Below, piece after piece: positions 14,924-28,029 of a stretch of DNA of 64,000 nucleotides. This DNA comes from Octopus sinensis (Eukaryota). The notes beneath the pieces are model-generated. The model was not told the origin of the DNA. It did no database searches and was given only the letters and a program-made list of their open reading frames with translations. The stretch spans positions 7,564,001-7,628,000 of the forward strand of contig NC_043008.1 of assembly GCF_006345805.1 (NCBI RefSeq). The letters are read 5' to 3'. Position 1 is the stretch's first letter, and the number at the start of each line of letters is the position of its first letter. The translations under genes and the position numbers were made by a program.

Positions 14924-15075
14924 TAACGTTATAAATAAGGGTATCTAAGATACACCACCAGACTTGAAATAGCAGTCAAAACAATACCAAGTACTCCAGA
15001 CAGCACAAGGTGAAACTACAAAAGGCAAATAAACTAGTAACGATTGGATAATTCCAGAACCTGGGTTTCTGGTTT
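14924..15075 (+). repeat. Interspersed repeat, copy 1 of 3 (ataaataagg-tatctaaga...cttgaaatagcagtcaaa family)
   Basis: Aligns by eye with 15434-15600 (+) and 15655-15820 (-). Confidence 0.7.
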
Positions 15076-15203
15076 TTTTAAAAAATATACTCAGCCGTTG
15101 TCAATGAAATACACTATGGATTGTACATAAATACACACACATATATATGTAAACATGCGTATACTCTCGTGTACGCACATGTACATACATATATATAATA
15201 TAT

Positions 15204-15252
<49 letters not shown>

Positions 15253-15433
15253 GTGTATACAACAAAAATTTCAGTTGTCCATGTGCTATATTGTCAAAAT
15301 ATCACCGCAGTGAATATAATGACGAAGTGAATATATATATATACATATATATATATATGTGTGTGTGTGTATAAAATATGTGTATAAAAAAGAATAAGAT
15401 CATTATTTTAACTTACGATCAAATCAAGTGACT

Positions 15434-15820
15434 GCATTGGAAGAAAAAAAACCTTATAGGTTATAATAATTATTAAAATTATAAATAAAGGTATCTAAGA
15501 GATACCACTATGCTTGAAATGACAGTCAAAATCTGACTTTAAAACCACATCACGTATCCAATACAGCACAACTTTTATAGACAAATGTCAAATACACGGC
15601 AGAGTATATGTTTATAACAAGTCAGAAACCCAGGATCTGCAATTATCCATTTCTTACTAGTTCATGTGACTTTTGTCTTTTCACTTTTGTGCTGTATTGA
15701 TAAGAGTTGATGTGGGTTTAGAGTCCGGTGTTGCTTGCTATTTCAAGCATGGTGGAATCTCTTAGATACCTTATTTACTTTAATAACTGTTATAACCTAT
15801 AAGACTTTTTCTTCCCATGC
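15434..15820. repeat. Diverged tail-to-tail inverted pair of the same repeat (arms ~15434-15600 and ~15655-15820)
   Basis: gaagaaaaaaaaccttataggttataa...ggtatctaagagataccactatgcttgaaat...caatacagcacaa is mirrored by ttgtgctgtattg...atttcaagcatggtggaatctcttagatacc...ttataacctataagactttttcttc. Confidence 0.8.
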
Positions 15821-15835
15821 TGCCACTACATTTTA

Positions 15836-15902
<67 letters not shown>

Positions 15903-16065
15903 ATATAGCCACTACGCATTCTTTACTTTCTCTCTTGTTTCTTTCTGTGGAAGAACGTAGGCTCGAAACATTAAAAACTTTTCACTTCCCAAGCGTTAAA
16001 CTAATACATATCTTTGTTGTCTACATCACCTGTGTTCGTCTTTTGCTTGTTTTTGTGAATTCTCC

Positions 16066-16198
<133 letters not shown>

Positions 16199-16850
16199 TT
16201 TCCATCTATCTATCTATTTATGTATATATCTATCAAGATAGATAAATATAGACAGAGAGAGAAAGAAAGTGAGAGAGAGTGAGAACGAGTAGGGAAGAGA
16301 GCCTCTGTAAACGGCAGAGGTCGAGAGTAACAAAAAGACCAGTGGGTTTTCACACAGCCCCCATATATATTGTTATTGTTGTATTGCTACTAATACGAAT
16401 GCAGTGTAGTAATGTTTGCTAACTGGTAAGATTTGTACATGTCACACTGACAAATATCGTTTGCACATGACAGAACTTTGGAGCCAATATTTCTATGGTT
16501 GAATGTCGATAATAAAAGCGAGGTTTCTATCCATTCCACCATGTTAATCTCAAGAGGTAAAACGCATATGTTTGTTAACGTAAGCAATGACATTGTTCTA
16601 CACCTCAGAAGGTAAAACTCTTAACTGGGGAATCAGCTTCTTGTACATTGTTGCGTTGCCTGGAAACCTGGAATGTTTTTGTTATTCCGATATTTTGATA
16701 GTTTAGAAAGAGGAGTTTTGAAAGAGAAACGCTTAAACTCGAAGATTGAAGTATTTCCAATCACGTTTCTATTTTCATTCGCATCAAATTTACGTTCTTT
16801 ATGACATTAAGTTCCTTTTGTTTTCTAAACCTTGAAAGCTGTAACTAGGT

Positions 16851-16922
16851 GCGAGCGATAACATCAAATACTTCGCCACTCAAATGCAATTTGAGTGAGA
16901 TCGTGAAAGACAGAAACCTCTG
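16851..16922 (+). repeat. Short interspersed repeat with an internal palindrome; second copy inverted at 20401-20463
   Basis: gcgagcgataacatcaaatacttcgccactcaaatgcaatttgagtg vs reverse complement of 20401-20463, gcgagcgagaacatcaaatacttcgctactcaaatggaatttgagtg. Confidence 0.75.
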
Positions 16923-17834
16923 AGCAACCAAATTTGTCATTCGTCACAAAGTTTCAAATCACTCTGGTTTAGGCTTCAGATATCTAACAAGTTTTATATA
17001 ATTAATACTAGTCGTGTGTAATGGCTAATTAGAAGCAATTATAACCTGATATTAATGTAGGACCTGAAGCCATTTTAAGAAAATAGTTCAGCTTAAAAAT
17101 GAGTGTAAATTATATAGCCTCAAGGAAGAAAATCTATTACTTCCATCTCAGATTTTTTCCTACCAAATATTCTACACGAAACGTTATAATTCAGTTCCTT
17201 ACCGTAATATTTTTTAGGTCTCCTTGTGAGCATGTTGCCCTTTTCATTTGCCAAGTCAAAACGCCGAAAATCACTAGTATTCTCGTATTTCACAACTTCT
17301 CTAAGAAAATAATACAAGTAATTAGCAACCATTTCCGTACAAAATGTATGATTGTGGTCCAATAACTGAAATTGTAAATCCACCGGATTAAATAATGTAT
17401 TGTATTCTGATTTCCACAGCTGAGCTAGTATTTTAACAAATAATGTAGATACAGAAGTCTATATACGAGGAAATTTATCCATAAATTAAAAATAGCTATT
17501 ATTTAGGAATTTCATATAAGTACAAATGTACGGTGGGGGGAAATAAATATTCGTAAATGTCAAAATTCTTTATTTGTTTCATTTCTAATGAACATAAAAT
17601 GGGATAAACCAATACTATATTTGCATACGCATGTGTATGCAAATATAGCATTAGTATATCCCATTTATGTTCATTAGAAATTAAATAAATAATGAATTTT
17701 GACATGTACGAATATTTATTTCCCCCCCTCTGTATATCTTGTCTATTACAAGGCTCATAATGATAACAGACGCACTATTGCAATAGCAATTATTTATTAT
17801 AAGTCAATTGGTTAAGTGAAACGATATCGAACGT

Positions 17835-18060
17835 ATGCATTTGTTATCATTATTCGTACAAGGACCCTCATCAGACACAACAAAATTTGTTCTAAAACAC
17901 GAATTCCCATCAAGCAAACGCACCCTGCTAAAGGAACAGGTACTTTGCATCCTAGGGATTGGAAGTACCAGCAAAAATGCTCATGAGATAATGTTGCCTA
18001 AGTTTGTAAGAAAATCATTCAGAGTTACAAAAATACTCTGTAGTACCAACTTTTTTACAT
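17835..18060 (-). mobile_element. Possible Penelope 3' end with a degenerate hammerhead core
   Basis: Minus strand ends tgtgt-CTGATGA-gggtccttgtac-GAAT (a broken core), after weakly GIY-YIG-C-terminus-like sequence. Confidence 0.3.
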
Positions 18061-18150
18061 AAAAAAGTGTATGGTATTTGCTTCTTTTCAAATGGAATTT
18101 TGTTTTACACTTCAGACTTAGTAAATGAGGTAGAGTTCAAAAGAAGTCCG

Positions 18151-18272
18151 TACACATTATTTACATTATTTTCATTATTTTTTAAACGTTGTGCTAACAA
18201 CAAACAAGATGAGGACAAATATCCGTCAAATGTAAATAATGTACATAATTATTCATCTCTTAAATATAGAAT
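18151..18272 (+). mobile_element. 3' fragment of the HHR-tail family, with an inverted tail repeat at its 5' side
   Basis: aaacgttgtgctaacaacaaacaagatgaggacaaatatccgtcaaatgtaaataatgtacataatt...tcttaaatatagaa is nearly identical to 39962-40051. It is preceded by three imperfect acattattt units, the reverse complement of the tail unit. Confidence 0.85.
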
Positions 18273-18394
18273 TGCTTAAATCCATTCACATCTAATTGAA
18301 GGCAAATGGAGAAACGAGAACATCTAAAAAGAAAGAACATGAAAGTTACTAGTGAGAACAGGTAGCGTGCTGTCAGAATTATTACAGTGCCGCA

Positions 18395-18545
18395 AAAAAA
18401 TATATAGTGGCTGTTCTTCTGACTTTGAGTTCTGGCGCCGGGATTGAGTTTGCCTTTCATTGTTTTGGCGTCGATAAAATAAGTACCAGTAGAATATTGG
18501 GGTCGATGTAATCGACTTATCTTCTCCTCCTCCGAAACTTCTAGT
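18395..18545 (+). mobile_element. SINE family A, 5'-eroded copy
   Basis: gagtttgcctttcattg...gtcgataaaataagtaccag...ggggtcgatgtaatcgactt. Confidence 0.8.
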
Positions 18546-18651
18546 CTTCTATTTGAAACCAATATTGTTATATAGAGAAGAGAAACTTTATGTAGAGAAG
18601 AGTATTCTAAGTCCACCAGGCATATAATAGTCTTAATATTTTGACATACAA

Positions 18652-18855
18652 TGACGGCGAGATTGCCAAATCGTTAGCACCCAGGGCAGAAACCTTGGCT
18701 GTAGTTCGTGTTTCTTTATGTTTTTGGTTCAAACGCTCTAGGGGGCGACATCCATCCTTGTGGTGTTGATAAAATAAGCAACAGTGGAGAACTGGAGTCA
18801 ATTTAATCGTAGTAGGCCCTTCCACGAAATTGGTGGTCTTGTTTCAAAATTTAAA
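18652..18855 (+). mobile_element. SINE family A, old degenerate copy
   Basis: gacggcgagattgccaaatcgttagcac...gttgataaaataagcaacag...ggagtcaatttaatcg, colinear with 705-932. Confidence 0.65.
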
Positions 18856-19302
18856 AACCAAAATTTTGCAATCATACGGCATTTATTCTATGCACACGTT
18901 TATTAAAAATCCCGCTGAGAACTCTATCTGTTACAGAATAAAATGTAACCGTCATTGGCGTCTATTTTGTTTCTACCTTCCTTGTCTATGATATTGCAAT
19001 GAATAATGAAAATATGTGATCTGTTCAATCTTACCTGAATTATTTTAAAACAGTAAGGCATTAAGATGTTATTTCTCGGTTCGAGATAATATATACACTA
19101 ATGGTAATGAGTTATCCTCCAGACAAATTAAGGAACCATAAATATGCTACTTAATTTGAGAAATATTTAAGCAGACGTGAACACCGCATTATGCACACCT
19201 ACCTATATACAAACCTACGTCCAGTACATACAAGCAAATATTGATGCATTCATATCCATACGCATTTACACACTCACCCAATATATTAATATATATATGC
19301 AT

Positions 19303-19339
<37 letters not shown>

Positions 19340-19681
19340 CTGAGAGAGAAAAGAGATGCTGATAGAGAGATACTGAGAGAGAGTGAGAGATAGAGGGACA
19401 GAAATGGGCAATGAGCAATTTATTGAAACAATACCTTCTTGAAAAACTTACCGTAAATTGCAATTCCGTAACGTGAAGCATATTTTCTTTTCATTTCCAG
19501 TTGACGTCTAAGTAAACATGGGACTTTGCCATTAAACATTGTGGCAAGATTTTAAAGATGATAATGAGTCTGTTAGGTCAACGAGTTACATATACATACA
19601 TACATACATATATATATAATATATATATATTATATATATATATATATATATAATATATATATATATATATACATATATATA

Positions 19682-19888
19682 TTACTCCTTAACTTGATCA
19701 GTCATTTGACTGCGGCCATGCTGGAGCACCGCCTTTTAGTCGAGCAACTCGACCCCGGGACTTATTCTTTTTGTAAGCCCAGTACTTATTCTATCGGTCT
19801 CTTTTTGCCGAACCGCTAGGTGACGGGGACGTAAACACACCAGCATCGGTTGTCAAGCAATGCTAGGGGAACAAACACAGATGCTCAA

Positions 19889-19922
<34 letters not shown>

Positions 19923-20061
19923 TATATAAATGAGGGTGAAAAATTTGATATTAATTTGATAATAGCATCAATTTAACACCAAGTGGCTTAGCACATAAAA
20001 CCAGGGATAAAATACAAATTTATACATAAAGTCTGCACTAGAGTCGACCACATAGTGGTTA

Positions 20062-20137
<76 letters not shown>

Positions 20138-20283
20138 TACGACAGGCTTCTTTCAGTTTCCGTCTACCAATCCACTCGCAAGGCATTGGTCGGGGCTATA
20201 GCAGAAGACATTTGCCCAAGATGCCACGCAGTGGGACTGAACCCAGAACCATGTGGTTGGTTAGCAAGCTACTTACCACACAG
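19682..20283 (-). mobile_element. Bipartite tRNA-derived SINE, family B (CORE-like head, internal CA/TA microsatellite)
   Basis: Minus-strand head ctgtgtggtaagtagcttgctaaccaaccacatggttctgggttcagtccc, CORE-like catcttgggcaaatgtcttc, 3' part gcggttcggcaaaa...ggggtcgagttgctcgactaaaaggcggtgctccagcatggccgcagtcaaatga. Confidence 0.9.
19929..20068. mobile_element. ~140-bp element nested in the (TA)n of SINE family B
   Basis: Unique sequence atgagggtgaaaaatttg...catagtggttactctctc with (TA)n on both sides, inside an otherwise colinear SINE. Confidence 0.6.
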
Positions 20284-22439
20284 ATATTAAAATTAATATA
20301 GGGTAAAATTATAGAAATGTTTTCTACCAGTGTCCTTGTAAGTACATAAAGTCAATAGACATATTTTTCATATAAAAATTAGTGTATATTTAAACGCAAA
20401 AGAGGTTTCACGTTCACACTCAAATTCCATTTGAGTAGCGAAGTATTTGATGTTCTCGCTCGCCTTACACACTAGAAGGAACAGTCATAGATATGCATTT
20501 ATAACTGTGGTTTGAACTTTTGACTATTCCTTGTAGTAAGTAAGGCGACCTGTTATGGTTGACCTCTTTTGTGTTTAAATATATATATATATATATATTG
20601 ATACTCACGCACACAGAACCACTCACTCACTCACACTCATACACACGCACACATCGATATAAATCGATGATATTATTCCGCATATATCACTAAAACTTTA
20701 CAAATCAAAGAGAAGAATGATTGTCGCTGAAAACTTTATTGTAAAAAAATGTTCACCTCCATCCTCACCCTCACACACGCGCGCACCGACACGTTTGAAT
20801 ATATTATATGTAGACGTATAAACACACAAACAACGAACAGACCAATTGAATATACTTAGGTGAACTAACTTGTTATCATTCGGTTGACTGACTTAATGTT
20901 ACTGATGTTTGTGTGTGTGTGTGTACATGTTTGTACATGACTTTAAAAAAATTTTGTTTATAAATATTATTTTATAGCTTGTGGTGCAAAACCGGATATA
21001 TTTTCGTTTAGTAACAACAACCATACAAATAAATACGCAACGCTAAATTCATTAGAGTTGTTCACAGTGAACTTTTCTATTTCACTTATGTGTTCGTGTA
21101 ACTTAATAAAAATATAAGTTCACTGAGATCAAATACTCTTTTCACTGATTTTGTTTTTCCAGGAAAATTCATGTTAACGCATTAAACTATAAATGTAGAG
21201 AATATTTCAAATTAGTATCTAGTTGCGTGTTTTGGTGTTGATATACAGTTGAAGTTTCCTAGTTTTAATAAAGCAGAGAACTTTGGGTATTTGGAAAACA
21301 TGGATGATCATATGGCTGATTGCCTTGTATTCTTGCATAGTTCATTACAAAAGCAATATACTGTTTCTTTCAACATGAAAGCTTCGAATATCCCACGACA
21401 GATATCAGCGAAACACATTCCATTCGAACAACAGATTTAATTTGCTTGGAGATTATCTGTAGCTAGTCTCTCGAATAACTCTGCTCTACGTAGGATTAAC
21501 AGAAGCATTATTTGAGTCAAGTTAGAATTATAATATTCCTTTCGTGAAAGCAGCTAAATATGTAGGATCCATGAAATCCCTCTGAACAAAAATAAAATTG
21601 TTCATAGGTACTGATGAAAAGGAAAATTTGAAACTAGTTTCCGAAATGCTTCTTATGTGGACAAGCTTTTCAGAATTACAGAATTGGAAAATCGATTATG
21701 TTAATATAGATTCCATTCGCAATGTGTATATGATGAACAAGATTAAAAAAAGAACACTTGACAAAAAATGTTACGCATTATGCTTATTTGATGTAATATG
21801 TTACAATAAAAATGTATGTGATGCAATTATTCATCTATGATACACAGATACATGCTCATCTCATTACATGATGGGGTGATGCATATTTCACACAAAACAA
21901 TACGACATGAGGGAAAGTTTGGAGATTGTAAAAGCGTCGACTTAATACAGGATGTATCCGATGTTTGCTACACAATAAATTATAAAACAGTTTTAAAATG
22001 ATGAATGCTTTGGAATCTCTATAAGTTATTATCTCTTCGTAATACGCAAAATAAGATAATCTAAAACTGCAAAAAAGGAGAAGATTACTGGTGTTTGCTT
22101 GCGGATTGAAATATGAATATTCAAAGTCATAGCTGGAATTGGCGTGCATAGCGTGCTGTAAAACACATTGTGTTTAAATCCATGTGGTTCCACATGGATC
22201 ATTCACGGTGATGGAATTTGCTGCTCAACATTCCTTGATCAATAAATCAAGTAAGACCAGTATTATTGTGTTGGTTTAGCTGACTTTCCTTCTCTTCCTT
22301 AAATATTGGCATTCTGCCTCATCAAAATAAATCGATATTATGGATATGTACATCACAAACTACTACGCATAGACATCCATACGCATACTGATACACAGTT
22401 ATATGCATAAAATTTATATACATATATATATGTATATAT

Positions 22440-22496
<57 letters not shown>

Positions 22497-22554
22497 TATA
22501 TATATTGATTCTTAAGAAAAATATAGCTATAATATATATATATATATAATATAT

Positions 22555-22585
<31 letters not shown>

Positions 22586-22975
22586 GGGCCTGTTTATATG
22601 CATTATGTATCTGCGTGAATTTATATTTATGTAAATCCCATTAAATATATATTAACATAGAAAGCTAAATATATAACTCCATTTAAAGATCGCTCTCTCT
22701 CTCTCTCTTTCTTTCTCTCTCTCTCTCTCTCTCTCTCTGTATGCACGCTTTCAGACACACACACAAATGCATGTATACACACAAACACACATTCGATAAG
22801 CTGTACCTTTAGCAGAAAAGATCATATAAAGATGTTGAACATACGCAAATGTCTGCGTTTTACATGTGTGTATCCCTGACTGCGTGTGCACACATGTGAG
22901 TATATGCGTTGCTTCTCCTTCTATCTTAAGAACAAGGACTGTCATACCTCTACATGGATTTAAATATACATGCAT

Positions 22976-23020
<45 letters not shown>

Positions 23021-23089
23021 GTAGAAATATGTTACAAAAAGCAAATATATATATATATGAACGTAGAGAGGTAGGTAGGTAGGTAGGTG

Positions 23090-23098
23090 ATAGACAAC

Positions 23099-23170
<72 letters not shown>

Positions 23171-23175
23171 CAGAC
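23090..23175. repeat. (AGAT)n microsatellite
   Basis: Directly visible. Confidence 0.95.
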
Positions 23176-23654
23176 ATACATATCTTCGTTCATATTTATA
23201 TGTCTGCTAGAGTGTGCGTTTTAGTCTACATGGTTTATATTTTCTAACAGACTGATATAACCTGATTTTTTTTTACTGTAAGCAACGTTGTTATATATCT
23301 AAATAATATCTATAAGTTATTCGATTATATTTGACCTCTTCACACAGACGGCCGCTTACTATGTTCAATAAATCGATCATATTCATATTCCTTTAAATTA
23401 TCTCAATTTTCCAGAAATTATTATGGAAAGGTCAAAGTAGAACGTGTGAAACAAAGGTAACACAGAACTACAGTAATATAATAACTTCCTGTAAGAAGGG
23501 AATGGTTTATTCAGAGAGACAAGACTTTCTACAACATAAAACAACACAAATATCATGGACAATAATAAATAGCTATGGTAAATATTAATGTTTAATATCA
23601 TGCGTGTAACAAAACAAATCCTAAAATACAGATACATGCCCAAATACATACAAT

Positions 23655-23676
23655 GATATACGTACGTATGCGTAGA

Positions 23677-23713
<37 letters not shown>

Positions 23714-23740
23714 GCACATATACATACCTACACAAATGCG

Positions 23741-23819
<79 letters not shown>

Positions 23820-23849
23820 TACACACGCAGATATAGATACATACACAAA

Positions 23850-23901
<52 letters not shown>

Positions 23902-23934
23902 TACACACGCAGATATAGATACATACACAAATGC

Positions 23935-24026
<92 letters not shown>

Positions 24027-24035
24027 CATGCATAT
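23655..24035. repeat. (TA)n-rich tract with a duplicated 38-bp unit (23816-23853, 23898-23935)
   Basis: gttatacacacgcagatatagatacatacacaaatgca occurs twice, separated by (TA)n. Confidence 0.9.
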
Positions 24036-24496
24036 AACTACTTGTGTGTGTATGTAACCTCACATTCCCATTGGGATATATCCAATTTTTCAATCGATTC
24101 ATATTTGTTTACATACGGATATTAGATGATTAGACACACACACACACACACACACGTACACACACACGCACACACACAGGCGTACACATAACTTACTGGA
24201 TATATCTATGTACGTGTGCCTATGAGTGTGTGTATGTATTGATAATTGTGTTAATATTTTGTATATATGAGTGCGTGCGTATGTGTGTACATACGCATAT
24301 ATGTGCATGCATGTATCTATGTATGTATATTAATGTAGATCTTATCGTAACTATATATAGTCCTAGTACGAAGATTCTAAATGAATATACACACTTTTAC
24401 CCAAACGCATTGAGAGATAACTTAATGTATAAGCGTAATATATAAATATCTAGATATTGTTATAAATGTAAATGAATGTATACACACACACACACA

Positions 24497-24527
<31 letters not shown>

Positions 24528-26226
24528 CGCACGCACACACAAAATTATATATATATATATGCGTGTGTGTGTGTGTAAAAGCACACATGTGTGTTTGTGT
24601 ATGTTTAGTATTCCTTTGCCTTTGTGTATGTGCTTGTATACATAAATGGAGATATATTAAGAGAAACCCTCATACATGAATGATTTTTAATATTTGAGCA
24701 TTAATACTAACATTTATTTATGGATACATTCAATTGATTAGCCTTGTATAAACGGAACATTGTATACTCGCATCTTTACACACACACACACACTTCTATA
24801 CACACATACACACACTGCTAGAGATATAAATCCACGTATATAAACACACGAACACGTACTCACATACCTATTTGAGTTGGTGTATATGTATATTACTTTT
24901 AAGCACAAAAGAATAATATACACTTTACGATTATGCTAGAAGCTGTTAATGTCGACTAATATATGCTTATATGTATTTAAAGGCGAGAGCTGCGAACTAA
25001 ATAGCAGACGGTCTCTTTCATACACTTGTTTATGTCGTTTTAATCATTGTAATCTTCAGTTGGAACCCAGAAAATATAATAAAGAAACGAATGTTAACAT
25101 TATCTTTGTGGGTCCTGTGAAGTTGCATGAGACTAATACAGTATATTGATTTTGTATTGATTCAAGATTACATATTTGTAATGGAGGGGGAAAATTCAAT
25201 TCAATCGAACGTCGTACAATCCACCTTGATTTTTCAGGACAGCGGAAGGAAAAAGGAATATTTTAACTCTGTAGTTCTTTGAACTCAGAATATCAAGGAA
25301 TGGCACTAGATAATGTAGGTGTTACTGTAACGAATGTGCTAGTTTACTAAGCCTCACAAGTGCCATGCATATTAACCTATATATGGTACTAAATTTCTGT
25401 GTGAATAATACATAGAGAGCAGCATAATTTAAGCAGTCCTGAATATAAATTGTTGTATGATGGTATTCCTATGTATATTTGGATGTGGATTAACACTATT
25501 CATATTTCCTTCTTCAAAGCATTTTGCGATGTTGCGCAATTACAATTCCAGCTAAACGGATTTCATCCCTGGGGCATATGTGGTGGGGTGTGTGTCAAAA
25601 TTTGCTTACAAGGAACTAATCCATGTCCTACAATAGATATTTGAAAATTTTTCCTTGCTCATGTATATATTATTCGGATTAATTGCGCAGTTACATAGAT
25701 GCTACTCAAATCTTTTGGTTCCTACCTCCACTGATATCTCTATACGCTTTCTGTAATTCACAATCACAAACCACGTTTGCGCAAATTTGTGAATCGAAAA
25801 GAGAAAACCACTTCGTACGTTTTATAATGGATTGCAGAAAGGGTGAAGTTATAAGCGAATACGAATATGATATGTATGCTGACGCAAAAGTACTTTGCAG
25901 GTTTTGTAATAATCAGTTTGAATTAAATTGCAAATGAACATTTTGGGTGAGATCCAAGGTCGACGTTAAGCAATTCACAAAATTTCTTCTTCTCTTCCAT
26001 AGAAAGTAGAACAATTATCTTAGAGTCTGATAGCAGGATATTGCCTATTGTTCGAGTGGAAATTAATCTTTCCCATTTCGACATGCTTTATGGCTAAGTA
26101 CAGAGAGACACATGCGTTTGATATCTTACAAAAACATTGTTCTTAGAACTCTTCAGAACTTGGCGTTCACTCAACGTTCGCTCTCAAACATTAATTTTGC
26201 TTTTTTTCATCTGTATTGGAAAGTAT

Positions 26227-26700
<474 letters not shown>

Positions 26701-28029
26701 AATGTATGTATTTATTGCTGGTAATCAAATTCATCATTTATAAGACAAATCAATGATACCGAGAACTATGATTTTGTGATAAGAAATATTAACGCAAGCG
26801 AAGTGGAGGAAGTGTAGTACGGTCTCTACATTTTCATACATTTCGTTAGACAGAAATACAAGACGAGTGTCAGTAACTTCGAAGTTTTCCATCCAACATT
26901 TTGCATTCCACCATGCATTTTCCGAAACAACGGAAAAAAAACCTTCACATTTATTCCAGAATTGACCACCTCACTCCTACCAATGTATATTGTTGTAGAT
27001 TACACACGCGCACAGATACAACCATACACACAGAAACACATGTAAACACAAACAGTTAAGCCCCCGGCCCTCCTTCAAATAATGTGTTCCCCATTTATTT
27101 ATCTAACCACCAAACTCCATCGCACCTCCATGAAGAGAACATAATAAGTCAATGTCTGAAAACCATGGTTGAGTATTTCAGTCAATAGAATTACAGCATT
27201 TATTCAATTATGCAATGGAGATGAATAACGACAACCGTCATATATCAACATCCGGATATTTTCAGTTTGAAATTGCTAAAAATAATTTATATTGGTTTGT
27301 GACATTATGAACGATCGAATGATCTTGGGATTAAAGTACATACACCCAGTCATTATGACTAGAGCTGTATGCTCCACATCGCGGATTTTAAGATGCAATG
27401 TCTATTTCCGTGAGACGGTAAACATAAACGCGACGATAATTCAAATGAGAATTTAAAGAGATCAAATCAAATCCATATTATAGTTCATCCGGCTGTCTTC
27501 TTGGGAGTCCTACTCCAATAATATAATTTCTTCAAATACAGGCAACTTATTACATCATATCAGAAATGTGTCTATTTCTGTTAAACTTACTGCATTAAAA
27601 TAAATGTAACTTAAATATTCGTACTTAACTTGCTGTTTCATGGCGAAGAATGTGTAAAGATATCAGATTTCAACTTTAGGACTTAGAGACGTGAAGCTAT
27701 TACTGTATTCCATGTTGCTGAAGATTGTACTTGCTTCGCTCTTTACAACACTTGTAGAAACTGAATAATAGAAATATAATTATTAAATGCATGGAATAGG
27801 GTAACTGCACTACCAAACGCTGTTATTGAAAATATATTTTTTTAGATGATTATATAACAACATATCTATTGCATGAAAAAACATGCAGCATCGTAGAATT
27901 TTATATAGAGTCTAATGTAATGTAGCTATGGCAGAACAATACAGAAATATGTTGGTGAATATTTCATGGAAATAAATAGTTTGGCAGCATTATTTTTACA
28001 ATACAGGTCCCAATATTCCATAATCTATT

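Noticed and set aside
25815-25937. DMYADAKVLCRFCNN resembling a hAT/CGGBP1-type zinc finger
   Set aside because: Too short and isolated to call; ends in a stop with no downstream domain.
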